Source: Leptospiria bacterium
GTDB taxonomy: Bacteria; Spirochaetota; Leptospiria; Turneriellales; CBDBES01
Assembly: GCA_965261485.1 (NCBI GenBank)
Contig: CBDHCY010000005.1
Location: 407,641 to 471,640, forward strand
Length of the DNA stretch: 64,000 nt
Direction of reading: 5' to 3'
Below, piece after piece: positions 1-11,877 of the stretch. A program made the position numbers and the translations under genes. The notes under the pieces are model-generated. The model did no database searches and had not been told where the DNA came from. It was given only the letters and a program-made list of their open reading frames with translations. The first letter of the stretch is position 1, and each line of letters starts with the position of its first letter.

Positions 1-243
1 CTTTTTGGAAAAAGTCAAGAAACTTACAGTTATTATGGAATGCTTAGTCTTCCTTCACTTCATGTAGGGCATCATAGTGAACATCATGATTTTCCAACTA
101 TGCCGTGGAACTATTTACCGAAACTTAGAAGATTGGTTCCTGAGGTGTATGAGAGCATCCACTTTCATACTTCATGGAATAAGCTTATTTTTCAATTTAT
201 TTTTGATTCTAAAATCTCTTTATCTGATCGAATTATTCGTTAA
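1..243 (+). CDS. Fatty-acid/sphingolipid desaturase, C-terminal fragment (5' end outside window)
   Basis: Frame 1 is open from base 1 (LFGKSQETYSYYGMLS...). It carries the third His box HHSEHHDFP plus the ETYSYYG and SW..L..F.FD..IS motifs I recall from DEGS/Des1-type delta-4 desaturases. Stop TAA at 241-243. Confidence 0.7.
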   Translation, partial: LFGKSQETYSYYGMLSLPSLHVGHHSEHHDFPTMPWNYLPKLRRLVPEVYESIHFHTSWNKLIFQFIFDSKISLSDRIIR

Positions 244-318
244 AAAATGAATATATTTAGATAAAAATAATAATATCCGTTACAAATTGTTTGATAAAGT
301 TATTAAGCTAAATTTAAA

Positions 319-1419
319 ATGTCAACAGATCATCATAGTGGTTTAGAAGAAGTAAGAGTACTTTCTTCCAAAATAACCTTAATCGAAGGTTCACGGCTTT
401 TTTATAGAGGCATCGCTATTGAAGAATTGGCATTACATTCAAGTTTTGAAGATGTTGCCTATTTACTTTGGTATGGTCGTCTTCCTGGTTCTGAAGAGCT
501 TAAGCGATTTACTGAAGATATTCAATCAAATAGTGAGCTTTGTCGAGAGGTGAAAGAGTGTGTTTATCACCTACCTAGGGAGGCACATCCCCAAGGTGTT
601 TTAAGCTATTTAATCTCGGCGGTCGCTTTGCATGACCGTGGCATTGATAACAAGATTTCTTTTCGGATTTTTGCACAAGCGCCCATCTTGATGTGTGCTT
701 ATGAGAGATATCGAAAAGGTAAATCTATTATTGAGCCGAAAAAAAACCTTTCATTCGCTGGTAATTGTCTTTATATGTTATATGCTGAAGAGCCTGATGA
801 AGTTTCTGTTCAAGCTCTTAACACTTGTTTGATCTTATATGCCGAGCATGAGTTGAATGCCTCGACATTTGCAACCAGAATCACTACGGGCACTATGGCT
901 GATATGTATTCAGCAATTATTGTAGGAATTAATACTTTAAAGGGTATGCTACATGGTGGTGCAAATCAGCAAGCGATGGAAATGATTTTGAATATTCAAG
1001 ACCCAGAAAATGTTGATGAATGGGTTGAAAAAAAACTTACTCAAAAAGAAAAAATTATGGGTTTTGGCCATCGCGTTTATAAAAATGGTGATCCCAGAGC
1101 GATAATTTTAAAGAAAATTTGTAAAAAGCTTTGTGGAGATAAGAATTACGAGAAGTATTATTTGATTGCCGAAAAACTTGAAATTTATATGAAAAAAGAA
1201 AAAAAATTATTGCCAAATGTTGACTTTTATTCTGCTTTGATTTTATACGTTTTAGGATTTCCAATTGATATGTTTACGACTCTTTTTACAGTGAGTCGAA
1301 TTGCAGGTTGGGTTGCTCATATTACCGAACAATATGAAGATAATCGTTTGATTCGTCCTAGGGCTCAATATACTGGAAAACGAAATGTTAAATATATTTT
1401 TATGAAAGAGCGTATATGA
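319..1419 (+). CDS. Citrate synthase family protein (small type, 2-methylcitrate-synthase-like paralogue)
   Basis: 366 aa. Catalytic motifs are present: LHGGANQ, GFGHRVYK and NVDFYS. This is the second family member in the window. Confidence 0.85.
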   Translation: MSTDHHSGLEEVRVLSSKITLIEGSRLFYRGIAIEELALHSSFEDVAYLLWYGRLPGSEELKRFTEDIQSNSELCREVKECVYHLPREAHPQGVLSYLISAVALHDRGIDNKISFRIFAQAPILMCAYERYRKGKSIIEPKKNLSFAGNCLYMLYAEEPDEVSVQALNTCLILYAEHELNASTFATRITTGTMADMYSAIIVGINTLKGMLHGGANQQAMEMILNIQDPENVDEWVEKKLTQKEKIMGFGHRVYKNGDPRAIILKKICKKLCGDKNYEKYYLIAEKLEIYMKKEKKLLPNVDFYSALILYVLGFPIDMFTTLFTVSRIAGWVAHITEQYEDNRLIRPRAQYTGKRNVKYIFMKERI

Positions 1420-1880
1420 GTAATTATTTTAAAGAATTTGAAGTCTTATGGGTTGATCTTGATTTAAATGGTCATCTAGGTCACACCGCTTATTCTAGAT
1501 ATGCGAATAATGTGCGTGCTGCTTTTTTTACTGATCTTTTTAAAGTTACTCCTGAAAATTTTACTGAACAAAATATAGGACCTATTGTAATAAGAGAATT
1601 TATTGAATATAAAAGGGAGGTACGATTGAATGCTAAAATTATAATAGATATGGCTATCGCAGGACTTTCTCGAGACTATAGCCGTTGGGTGATTTGTCAT
1701 CATGTTTATATAAATGGAAAAGTTGCTTGTATAATTAATATGGAGGGTGCGTGGCTTAATTTAAAACTTCGAAAAATGATTTCACCAATAGAGCATATTA
1801 AAGGAGGGATAGATAAAGTTCCTAAGACAAAAAATTTTAAAATTATTGGTCAAAGAGATCGACTTAAAATGACTTTCTAG
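1416..1880 (+). CDS. Hotdog-fold acyl-CoA thioesterase (4HBT/YbgC-like)
   Basis: 154 aa. The N-terminal pattern VLWVDLDLNGHLGHTAYSRY is typical of 4HBT thioesterases. Its ATG overlaps the upstream TGA (ATGA at 1416-1419). Confidence 0.6.
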   Translation: MSNYFKEFEVLWVDLDLNGHLGHTAYSRYANNVRAAFFTDLFKVTPENFTEQNIGPIVIREFIEYKREVRLNAKIIIDMAIAGLSRDYSRWVICHHVYINGKVACIINMEGAWLNLKLRKMISPIEHIKGGIDKVPKTKNFKIIGQRDRLKMTF

Positions 1881-1927
1881 AGAAAAGTATTCGAGTATTT
1901 GAAATTATTGAACGATAATTTATAAAT

Positions 1928-2545
1928 ATGAACACTCTTTTTAAAAGAATCGACGAATTACTTGATCGAATTCCTGAGGATTTAAGAGATTTAATTCAAA
2001 AAGCAATGATTGCTTTGGGTGCAATCATTGCTTTATTTGGGATATTGTCAGGAATTATTCGGGGCATTCGAGATGCTGAGCCAGCTGGCTTTCAGGTTGC
2101 TAAAGATTCTAATAATTTATTTTATTTAGATCGGGTTAAAGAAGATAATAAAAGTAAAAATAGACTTGTAGAAGATATTGAATATGATATTGATCTGTTA
2201 ATGAAGAGTAAGTTGGAGAATAAGAAGCTTTATCGCTCGATGTCTCGTAATACCTTAGATCATCTAAAAGGTGAAAGAGATGAATTTATAGTCTCTGAGA
2301 ATAAATTAAGAACAAAATCTAATGTTCCTAATCTATTGGATGGAGAAGTTGATAATATCCTTTTGAAATTACCCGATGATCAATCTAAAGATATACATAG
2401 TAAAATGAGTGTTGATCCTGTTTTTAACGTTTCTTCCTCAGAAGGATATGAGACAATAGATAAGGTATATGATAAAATTAAAATAAAAGAAATAAAAGAT
2501 AATGTAAAATTTAATAAAAAATCAGATTTGAACTTTATTGAATGA
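1928..2545 (+). CDS. Hypothetical membrane-anchored protein
   Basis: 205-aa ORF with one hydrophobic helix (AMIALGAIIALFGILSGII) and a charged Lys/Asp-rich tail. No motif recognised. Confidence 0.45.
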   Translation: MNTLFKRIDELLDRIPEDLRDLIQKAMIALGAIIALFGILSGIIRGIRDAEPAGFQVAKDSNNLFYLDRVKEDNKSKNRLVEDIEYDIDLLMKSKLENKKLYRSMSRNTLDHLKGERDEFIVSENKLRTKSNVPNLLDGEVDNILLKLPDDQSKDIHSKMSVDPVFNVSSSEGYETIDKVYDKIKIKEIKDNVKFNKKSDLNFIE

Positions 2546-2561
2546 AGGTTATTAGAAGTCT

Positions 2562-3371
2562 GTGAATTCAAACTTTTTATATTTATTTTTTTATTTATTG
2601 TTATGGTTTGTTTCTTTACCTATTTTCTCTGCCGAAGAAGGTGATATCGTTGAAAATATTGATACATCAGAATTTGAAACAGTTATTGTTGGTCCTGATA
2701 TGGAAAAATCAAGTGTTTCTCAGGCATTTCTTAATATGGCCTATCAATTTTTAGAAAAAAATAATAAAAAAAAAGCAAAAGAGTATTTTGAAAAATGTGT
2801 GCTTGAAGAAGATGGTGAAATTTCAAGAAAAGCTCGTCTTGCTCTTATTCACTTGAAAGCTTCCTCTGGAGAAAAAAGTCTCCTTTTGGAAATAGAGGTT
2901 TTAGATGAAAATGAAAAATTAGAGGCATATTTTATGTTGGCAGATGGTTGGGAAAACTATTATTTTGAAAATCCTTACAAAATAGATTACCTTAATAAAG
3001 CCAAAGAATATTATGCTTTTTTAGTAGCTCGCTATAAAGGTTCAATTTTGGTACAGAAAGCAAGGCTTAAGCTGGCTTCTCTTTATATTGAAGAAAAAAA
3101 ATATAATTTTGCTTTAGATAATTTGTTACCTCTCTTGAAAAAAAGTAAAAAATATCAGAAACTTGATGTGTCTAAAATTGATAAAGGGAGTATTGGGTTT
3201 GATATGGCTTGGTTTTTACTAGGTCGTCTTCTTGAGGAATCAAATCAATACAAAGACTATGAACGTGCTGTTGATTCTTATTCAAAGGTCTTACATTTCA
3301 GTAATAGTCCTTTTATTGAAAGTGCCAAAAAACGTATTAAATATTTAAAAAAGACTTTTCTCTTGATTTAA
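2562..3371 (+). CDS. Hypothetical secreted TPR-like protein
   Basis: 269 aa with a GTG start. It has an N-terminal signal-like segment (LFFYLLLWFVSLPIFSAEE) and helical repeat-like composition. Confidence 0.45.
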   Translation: MNSNFLYLFFYLLLWFVSLPIFSAEEGDIVENIDTSEFETVIVGPDMEKSSVSQAFLNMAYQFLEKNNKKKAKEYFEKCVLEEDGEISRKARLALIHLKASSGEKSLLLEIEVLDENEKLEAYFMLADGWENYYFENPYKIDYLNKAKEYYAFLVARYKGSILVQKARLKLASLYIEEKKYNFALDNLLPLLKKSKKYQKLDVSKIDKGSIGFDMAWFLLGRLLEESNQYKDYERAVDSYSKVLHFSNSPFIESAKKRIKYLKKTFLLI

Positions 3372-3529
3372 TAATTTAATCTTTTGATGATCCTAAAAGG
3401 ATATTAATTTATATGATAATTTTTCTTGCTAGTTGTAAGTGAGCTGAGGTATCCATTAATTTATCAATAAATAATATTCGAAATATTCTCATTAGTCGAG
3501 TTGATAATATTGGTGATGTTCTTTTAAGT

Positions 3530-4411
3530 TTGCCTTTATGTGGTTTATTGAAAGAGGCAAATATCAATATAAAAATATTTTTTTTATGTACAGAATTTAC
3601 TCGATCTTTAGTAGAAAAATCTTCGCATGTAGATGAAATTGTTATTTGGAACTCTTTTGCAACGAGATTTCCTAAAGTCGATGTTATTATTCATGTCTAT
3701 CCTCAGCTAATAGTGGCGAGAGAGGCAAAGCGGCAAAAAATTAAATTTAGAATAGGAACAAATCGACGATTCTTTCATTGGATTTATTGTAATAAATTGG
3801 TAAGCTTAACTAGAAAAAATAGTAATGAACATGAAGCAATTTTAAATATAAAATTATTAAAACCTTTGGGTATTACCTCCAAGATTTCTAGAGACAGGCT
3901 CTGGAAATATTATGGATGGAAAATAGTAAAAAGGAATAAAAAATCTTATGAAAAGTTTAAATTAATATTTCATATAAAGTCAAGAGGACATGGAAAAGAG
4001 TGGGCTGTCAAAAATTATTTTCGTTTAGCAAAGTTACTTCCGCATAGTACTTTTCAAATTTATCTTACAGGAATAAAAGAAGAGGGAGCTTTAATACATG
4101 AAGAAGCTCCTGAATTGATCAATTTACCTCAAGTTTCCGACCTTACTGGTAAATTTAATCTTGATGAGTTGATTCAATTTATTCAATCTTCAGATGGGTT
4201 AGTTGGAGCGGGTACGGGTCCTCTTCATATTGCTGCGGCATCTGGGATATTTTGCTTAGGTTTGTTTCCTAATCAAAGACCAATTAATTCACTTAGGTGG
4301 GGCCCGATTGGTCAAAAAGTACAAGTTATATCAGAGTCTGACATGGCTAAAGAAACGACTTTGATTATAGAACCTAAAGACGTTTATGATATTATTAAAT
4401 CATGGATATAG
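3530..4411 (+). CDS. Glycosyltransferase family 9 (LPS heptosyltransferase-like)
   Basis: C-terminal GT9 motifs are present (DLTGKFNLDELIQFIQSSDGLVGAGTGPLHIAAA). The conserved N-terminal motif ILISRVDNIGDVLLSLP lies in frame upstream of the first canonical start (TTG 3530), so the true start is uncertain. Confidence 0.7.
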   Translation: MPLCGLLKEANINIKIFFLCTEFTRSLVEKSSHVDEIVIWNSFATRFPKVDVIIHVYPQLIVAREAKRQKIKFRIGTNRRFFHWIYCNKLVSLTRKNSNEHEAILNIKLLKPLGITSKISRDRLWKYYGWKIVKRNKKSYEKFKLIFHIKSRGHGKEWAVKNYFRLAKLLPHSTFQIYLTGIKEEGALIHEEAPELINLPQVSDLTGKFNLDELIQFIQSSDGLVGAGTGPLHIAAASGIFCLGLFPNQRPINSLRWGPIGQKVQVISESDMAKETTLIIEPKDVYDIIKSWI

Positions 4412-4416
4412 ATGTA

Positions 4417-5190
4417 TTATTGACAAAAAAAACTACTTTTATAATTTTTGACTACGCTTAATTTATTTAAATCTTTTATCTTTAGAAAAGAGTTTTTAAT
4501 TATTTTTTTATTTTGAATAGAAAGATATCCATTTTGTCTAAAAAGAGTATTTGCTTGCTTGTTTATTGATCTATAGCTGTTAGGTCGATATAATTTTTTC
4601 AGTAAATGATTAAAGGCAAGCTCTCCTTCTACAAAAGACAACAGAATTGGTTTGAGTTGACAATTTTTTATAGAATAGTGAAATAATTCCATGATCAAAA
4701 TAATTTTTCTAATTTTTTCTTCATTATTATTTAGGTAATCAAAAATAAATATGTGTGAAGGCTTCTGATTTGGCTGTGAGATCATTATATTTTTTAAACT
4801 TCTAATTGAATTATGAGCTTTATATAGATATGTATATTGATTTTTTATTGAGGTTATTAAATTATTGTGGTTTAATTTAAGTTGAACAAGTATTTTTTCT
4901 ACAGTTAGAATATAGTAATTTTTTTTTTGATTTTTTATTTTATTAAAACAGGTTTTTTCTGGTAAAAAGTGATCACATCTTAAAACTCCAATTTCAGCAA
5001 AGCTCCTTATTAAAAAAAAATATCTTCGGTTTGCTGGCCAACTGCTTGGCTTATCAATAATTTGTGAAGAATCCATAAATTGATCTTTTAAAAATATAAT
5101 ATCTTCTGAGGCGATAGATGGGCTGAGTTTGTAAAAACAGTTGAAATTAATAAAAAGAATAAGGAGAAAAAAGGGTAAGTGGTAGACCAT
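4417..5190 (-). CDS. Hypothetical protein with N-terminal signal-like segment
   Basis: 257-aa ORF with an ATG start and a hydrophobic N-terminus (FFLLILFINFNCF). No motif recognised. Confidence 0.4.
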   Translation of the reverse strand: MVYHLPFFLLILFINFNCFYKLSPSIASEDIIFLKDQFMDSSQIIDKPSSWPANRRYFFLIRSFAEIGVLRCDHFLPEKTCFNKIKNQKKNYYILTVEKILVQLKLNHNNLITSIKNQYTYLYKAHNSIRSLKNIMISQPNQKPSHIFIFDYLNNNEEKIRKIILIMELFHYSIKNCQLKPILLSFVEGELAFNHLLKKLYRPNSYRSINKQANTLFRQNGYLSIQNKKIIKNSFLKIKDLNKLSVVKNYKSSFFCQ

Positions 5191-5650
5191 AATATTTTAT
5201 ATGTATTTTAGAGAGTATTCTCAGTGTGAAGCTTTTTATATTTAAGCCTTAGAGATATGTATAAAAATGATTTACTGTTTAACTTGTGCGTGAAGTGTAA
5301 AAATTAAACAGTCATTTTTTTACTTTTAAAAATATTATTCCTCTTATTTTTGAAGAATAATCCATTTTAAGGTTAAATCTGGCGTTATTTACCGTTATAA
5401 CTTTGATTTGATGAGGGAATATCAATAAAAAATAAAAATATCTTGTCAAAATGTTAACTATCTAATCCGTGTAACCTTGATGATTTTAATTTTAAGTATC
5501 TATTATTTATGTTTTTATTGGAGGTTGAAATGTCGGTTCAAATTTATTTAGATTTGTTGCCATAATGTTGTTAAGTTTACGGCTATGGTTTGTTTGCAAT
5601 TTTTATAAATTATTTAAGGAAGAGGAGGGTGCAAAGGCACACTCTCATTT

Positions 5651-5679
5651 TTGACAACATATTACTGCAAGTCAGTAAT
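5651..5679 (+). promoter_or_regulatory. Candidate sigma-70 promoter for the 23S rRNA gene
   Basis: TTGACA (5651-5656), a 17-nt spacer, then AGTAAT (5674-5679), about 130 nt upstream of the mature 23S 5' end. Confidence 0.3.
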
Positions 5680-5791
5680 TACTAATTGTTCTTCAAAAAC
5701 TACTAAAAGAATGATTTTGCTAAATTTAATATTTTGAGTAATATTAAATTTTAGATTTGAGCACCATAGAGTACTTGTTTTAAGAGATAAG

Positions 5792-5806
5792 TATAAAACA
5801 TAATAT

Positions 5807-5813
<7 letters not shown>
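5792..5813 (+). other. 5' arm of the 23S rRNA processing stem
   Basis: tataaaacataatatggtcaag is perfectly complementary (22 bp) to 8786-8807, as expected for an RNase III-type processing helix that brackets the mature ends. Confidence 0.75.
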
Positions 5814-8785
<2,972 letters not shown>

Positions 8786-8792
<7 letters not shown>

Positions 8793-8807
8793 ATATTATG
8801 TTTTATA
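8786..8807 (+). other. 3' arm of the 23S rRNA processing stem
   Basis: cttgaccatattatgttttata is the reverse complement of 5792-5813. Confidence 0.75.
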
Positions 8808-9071
8808 TTAAAGGTAGTGATTCTTTTCGCCAATAAAAGTTAGTGGTATCTTTGAATTAATTTATCATTTTTTTGAATTTTGAAGTGATAAGATAAAAAT
8901 ATTTTAAATTTTAGTTCGTGAATTAAATTATTTTTGATTTAAAAATAAAAAAATTTAAGTTTTAAATTGACTTAGTATGTGGTACAAATATAAAATCAAA
9001 AAAATTGACTTTGATGAATATATGAAATTATTTAAAAGGCAAAAAAAAGGGTTTATATAAAATTTAATTGT

Positions 9072-10679
9072 ATGCTTTATCCTAAAACTTATAACTATAT
9101 ATTTTTAATTCCTTACTTATTATTTTATTCATGTGCTGCTGACTTTTTTGATATGTTCTTTCAAAAAAAAGCTTATAATAATACATTAGATATTGTAGCA
9201 GGTAGTTATCATACCTGTATGCTTTTTCGTGGCAAGGTTCGCTGTTGGGGTGATCAAGATATCAATGGATATGGAATACCTATTGGTTTAAAGCGTCTTC
9301 CTAACTCATTAGCTGATAATTTAACTTTTATAAATAAAGATTCTATTGTTAAACAAATCACCGCTGGGAAGAGGCATACCTGTGTTCTTTTTGAAGATAG
9401 TACTGTCCGGTGTTGGGGTGATAATAGTGTTGGTCAACTTGGATTAGGAAATACAATTAATATTACAGAAACTTCAAGGAGTGAATCTGATATTATATTT
9501 CAAGGGGTAAATGTTTTAGTCAAACAAATTGATGCTGGAAGTGATCATACTTGTGCTTTGAGCACAAAACATCAAATTTTTTGTTGGGGTTCTGGCAGTA
9601 ATGGTAAGCTTGGAAATAATACAACATTCAATATTGGTGATATCTCACCCATGAATCCTATTTCAACTGTTGTAACAAAAGTACAAAATAATTTTCCTGA
9701 AAATCAAAATCCTGTAAAAATAGCAGCTGGTGCTAACCATACATGTATTTATTTTGAAAATAATGATATAACCTGTTGGGGATTAATTACGGAATTAGGT
9801 GCTAATGGAGAGAATGCCACACGTAGTATGGCTGGCATTAATTTAGAGGGAAGTGCTGTGAGTGCCCCAGAATCTTCCTTAGTAAATTTATCAATTACTA
9901 ATATTGTATCTGGTGGAGGCGTAACATGTATTAAAATAAAAACAAATCGAGTTGTTTGTTGGGGAGTTGGTGTTGCTGGGAAACTAGGCTATGGTTGTGG
10001 CAGTGAAAATATAACAACCCATCATGTGGGAAGTAGCAATGTTTCGACAACAATATTCCCATCAAATGATGATGCTTTTCGAGTGGCCTATGATAACCAG
10101 CAGCCCATTACTGAGCCATTAAAAATGGATACAAATGATACAAATTGCCGTATGGATGGTAGTATCATTTCATATCAAAATTATACAGATATTTCTCAAG
10201 TTGTTATTGGGCCTGGCTCTTCTTATTCTTGTGTGTTAAGATTAAATGGAACAGTGCACTGCTTTGGTGCAAACTTTGGAGTTCATAACTTAACTCCAAG
10301 CGGGAGTATTAATCTCACAGCTATAAAAACAGCTAGTTGTACAAGAACAGCAGGAATAGATTATCCAGGTGGTAGTCCACTTGGATATAATATTCCTTCG
10401 TTCGAAAATAAGCTTACAGACATGAATAGTGAAGAAGAAGTGGAAACTCCAATAATTTCAACAAGAAATGAGCCTATACCTGTTGGAGGAACGGCAATCA
10501 GAATTGGTGCAGGAGAATCTCATGTTTGTGCACTTTTAGAAAATGATCAAATTAAATGCTGGGGAACCAACTGTACTGGACAATTAGGTCATGGAAATAA
10601 TATTGGTGAGGCTACAGGAGGAGGCGTATTAGGTTTTAAAAAACTTAGCTCTTATGGAACATTTAGTTTTCCATTTTGA
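9072..10679 (+). CDS. RCC1-repeat (seven-bladed beta-propeller) lipoprotein
   Basis: 535 aa. There are seven repeats of the RCC1 signature (H[TS]C.....V.CWG.N..GQLG). The N-terminus LLFYSCAADFF resembles a spirochaetal lipobox. Confidence 0.85.
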   Translation: MLYPKTYNYIFLIPYLLFYSCAADFFDMFFQKKAYNNTLDIVAGSYHTCMLFRGKVRCWGDQDINGYGIPIGLKRLPNSLADNLTFINKDSIVKQITAGKRHTCVLFEDSTVRCWGDNSVGQLGLGNTINITETSRSESDIIFQGVNVLVKQIDAGSDHTCALSTKHQIFCWGSGSNGKLGNNTTFNIGDISPMNPISTVVTKVQNNFPENQNPVKIAAGANHTCIYFENNDITCWGLITELGANGENATRSMAGINLEGSAVSAPESSLVNLSITNIVSGGGVTCIKIKTNRVVCWGVGVAGKLGYGCGSENITTHHVGSSNVSTTIFPSNDDAFRVAYDNQQPITEPLKMDTNDTNCRMDGSIISYQNYTDISQVVIGPGSSYSCVLRLNGTVHCFGANFGVHNLTPSGSINLTAIKTASCTRTAGIDYPGGSPLGYNIPSFENKLTDMNSEEEVETPIISTRNEPIPVGGTAIRIGAGESHVCALLENDQIKCWGTNCTGQLGHGNNIGEATGGGVLGFKKLSSYGTFSFPF

Positions 10680-10747
10680 ATATTTTATATTTTTTTTGAA
10701 TTTAAAGAATGTGAGTTGTAAGTTAGAACCAAGTATTTTTAGTGTAT

Positions 10748-11824
10748 ATGATAAGAAAAAATAAAATTATATGGAGTATTAGCTACTGGATTTTACCTCA
10801 GATTGGGTTTGCAAGTGTAGTTGCTGACTTTCCCCTTCATTTTCTTGAATCTGATAACCCGATCGAAAAAGCATTCTTAGCCCAAGTGAGACCCCGTATG
10901 AGGGAAGGATTACTTAACAAGGTACTTAGTTTGACTGATGTTAATTTGCCAAAAAATTTTAGTAAAGATTATGGAAATGGACGCTCTCTTGACGGTCATT
11001 TAGTATCGCCTATGGGTTCTGGATCTCTTAAAAGATCAAAGGTAATTCCAGTCGGTTTCGCTGTAGGTGTTGGTCTAATAAAAGCAAGCTCTCTTGCTTC
11101 ACTCCCTGGTCTAGAAGCTCTTCCTGTAAATATTTTACCTAGCGTTAATGTTGGAATAAACACAGGTTTTTCTTTTACACCTAATTTGGATGTTCGCTTT
11201 ACATACTTCCCTTTATCAGAAATTTTTTTACCTGGTCTCACTAGATACCGTTTAAAAAACGGTATTATAAGAATTGCGGCTAATTATTCTATACTAGATA
11301 ACGATCAAAGTCTATTTGGTTTCGGTTTAGCTTTTGGTATTTATTTGAGTCATTCAACTGGTGCCTTAGCTCTTACTATACCCATAGGTGCTACAGATGT
11401 TGCTATTAATGGTGCTGCTATAAATCTTAGTTTTCTTAATACACAATTTAATTCAAAATGGGTGCACTATGGTGGAGGTGCAGAAATTAGGTTACATTAT
11501 GCTTTACTTTTTTTTCTTCCATATTTTGGGTTTGGTCTTGGATTAGAGTATGGTAAAACAGAAAGTTTTTATGAGATTGACCTTAACATAAATGGTATCT
11601 ACAATTTAAAAGGAACGACGGGTATAACAGCAAAAATGGTTAATATTGTTCAAGAAAAAGGGAAAGTTTTAATTTTTGGAGATGCTCGAAGTGCTATTAT
11701 TCCTCTCCGAATTTTACTGGGTTTTGAATTTAATTTTTATAAATTATCTACAATTATAGAAATACAGTATTTATTAAATTCCGGTGTGATTGGCTTTTCT
11801 TATGGAATTAATTTTCTCATATGA
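10748..11824 (+). CDS. Hypothetical outer-membrane beta-barrel-like protein
   Basis: The N-terminus is signal-like. The sequence is Gly/aromatic-rich with alternating hydrophobic segments (GFGLAFGIYLS, FGFGLGLEYG) and ends GFSYGINFLI. The ATG at 10748 is preferred over the GTG at 10742. Confidence 0.5.
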   Translation: MIRKNKIIWSISYWILPQIGFASVVADFPLHFLESDNPIEKAFLAQVRPRMREGLLNKVLSLTDVNLPKNFSKDYGNGRSLDGHLVSPMGSGSLKRSKVIPVGFAVGVGLIKASSLASLPGLEALPVNILPSVNVGINTGFSFTPNLDVRFTYFPLSEIFLPGLTRYRLKNGIIRIAANYSILDNDQSLFGFGLAFGIYLSHSTGALALTIPIGATDVAINGAAINLSFLNTQFNSKWVHYGGGAEIRLHYALLFFLPYFGFGLGLEYGKTESFYEIDLNINGIYNLKGTTGITAKMVNIVQEKGKVLIFGDARSAIIPLRILLGFEFNFYKLSTIIEIQYLLNSGVIGFSYGINFLI

Positions 11825-11877
11825 TTGATCAGATTTTTAAATTTAATTTTTTTTGTTGATAGATAATAAAAATAACA

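Noticed and set aside
3413-3442. The possibility that the TGA at 3440 is read through or recoded (alternative genetic code), so that the GT9 gene would start at ATG 3413.
   Set aside because: TGA clearly terminates many well-conserved genes in the window (citrate synthase 1419, rpoD 15916, pnp 28633, rpmC 61212, rplX 62253), so the standard code applies.
5518-5566. A tiny 11-codon ORF (ATG 5531, MSVQIYLDLLP) preceded by a strong GGAGG, upstream of the 23S gene.
   Set aside because: It is too short to support and has no known analogue in rRNA leaders. It is probably a chance occurrence, and I note it only in case ribosome profiling data exist.
8808-9071. Expected 5S rRNA or tRNA genes downstream of the 23S, and 16S or tRNA-Ile/Ala genes upstream (5191-5790).
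   Set aside because: I read both flanks. They are extremely AT-rich, with no cloverleaf-compatible or 5S-like sequence. A ggttcaaat string at about 5536 has no acceptor or anticodon context.
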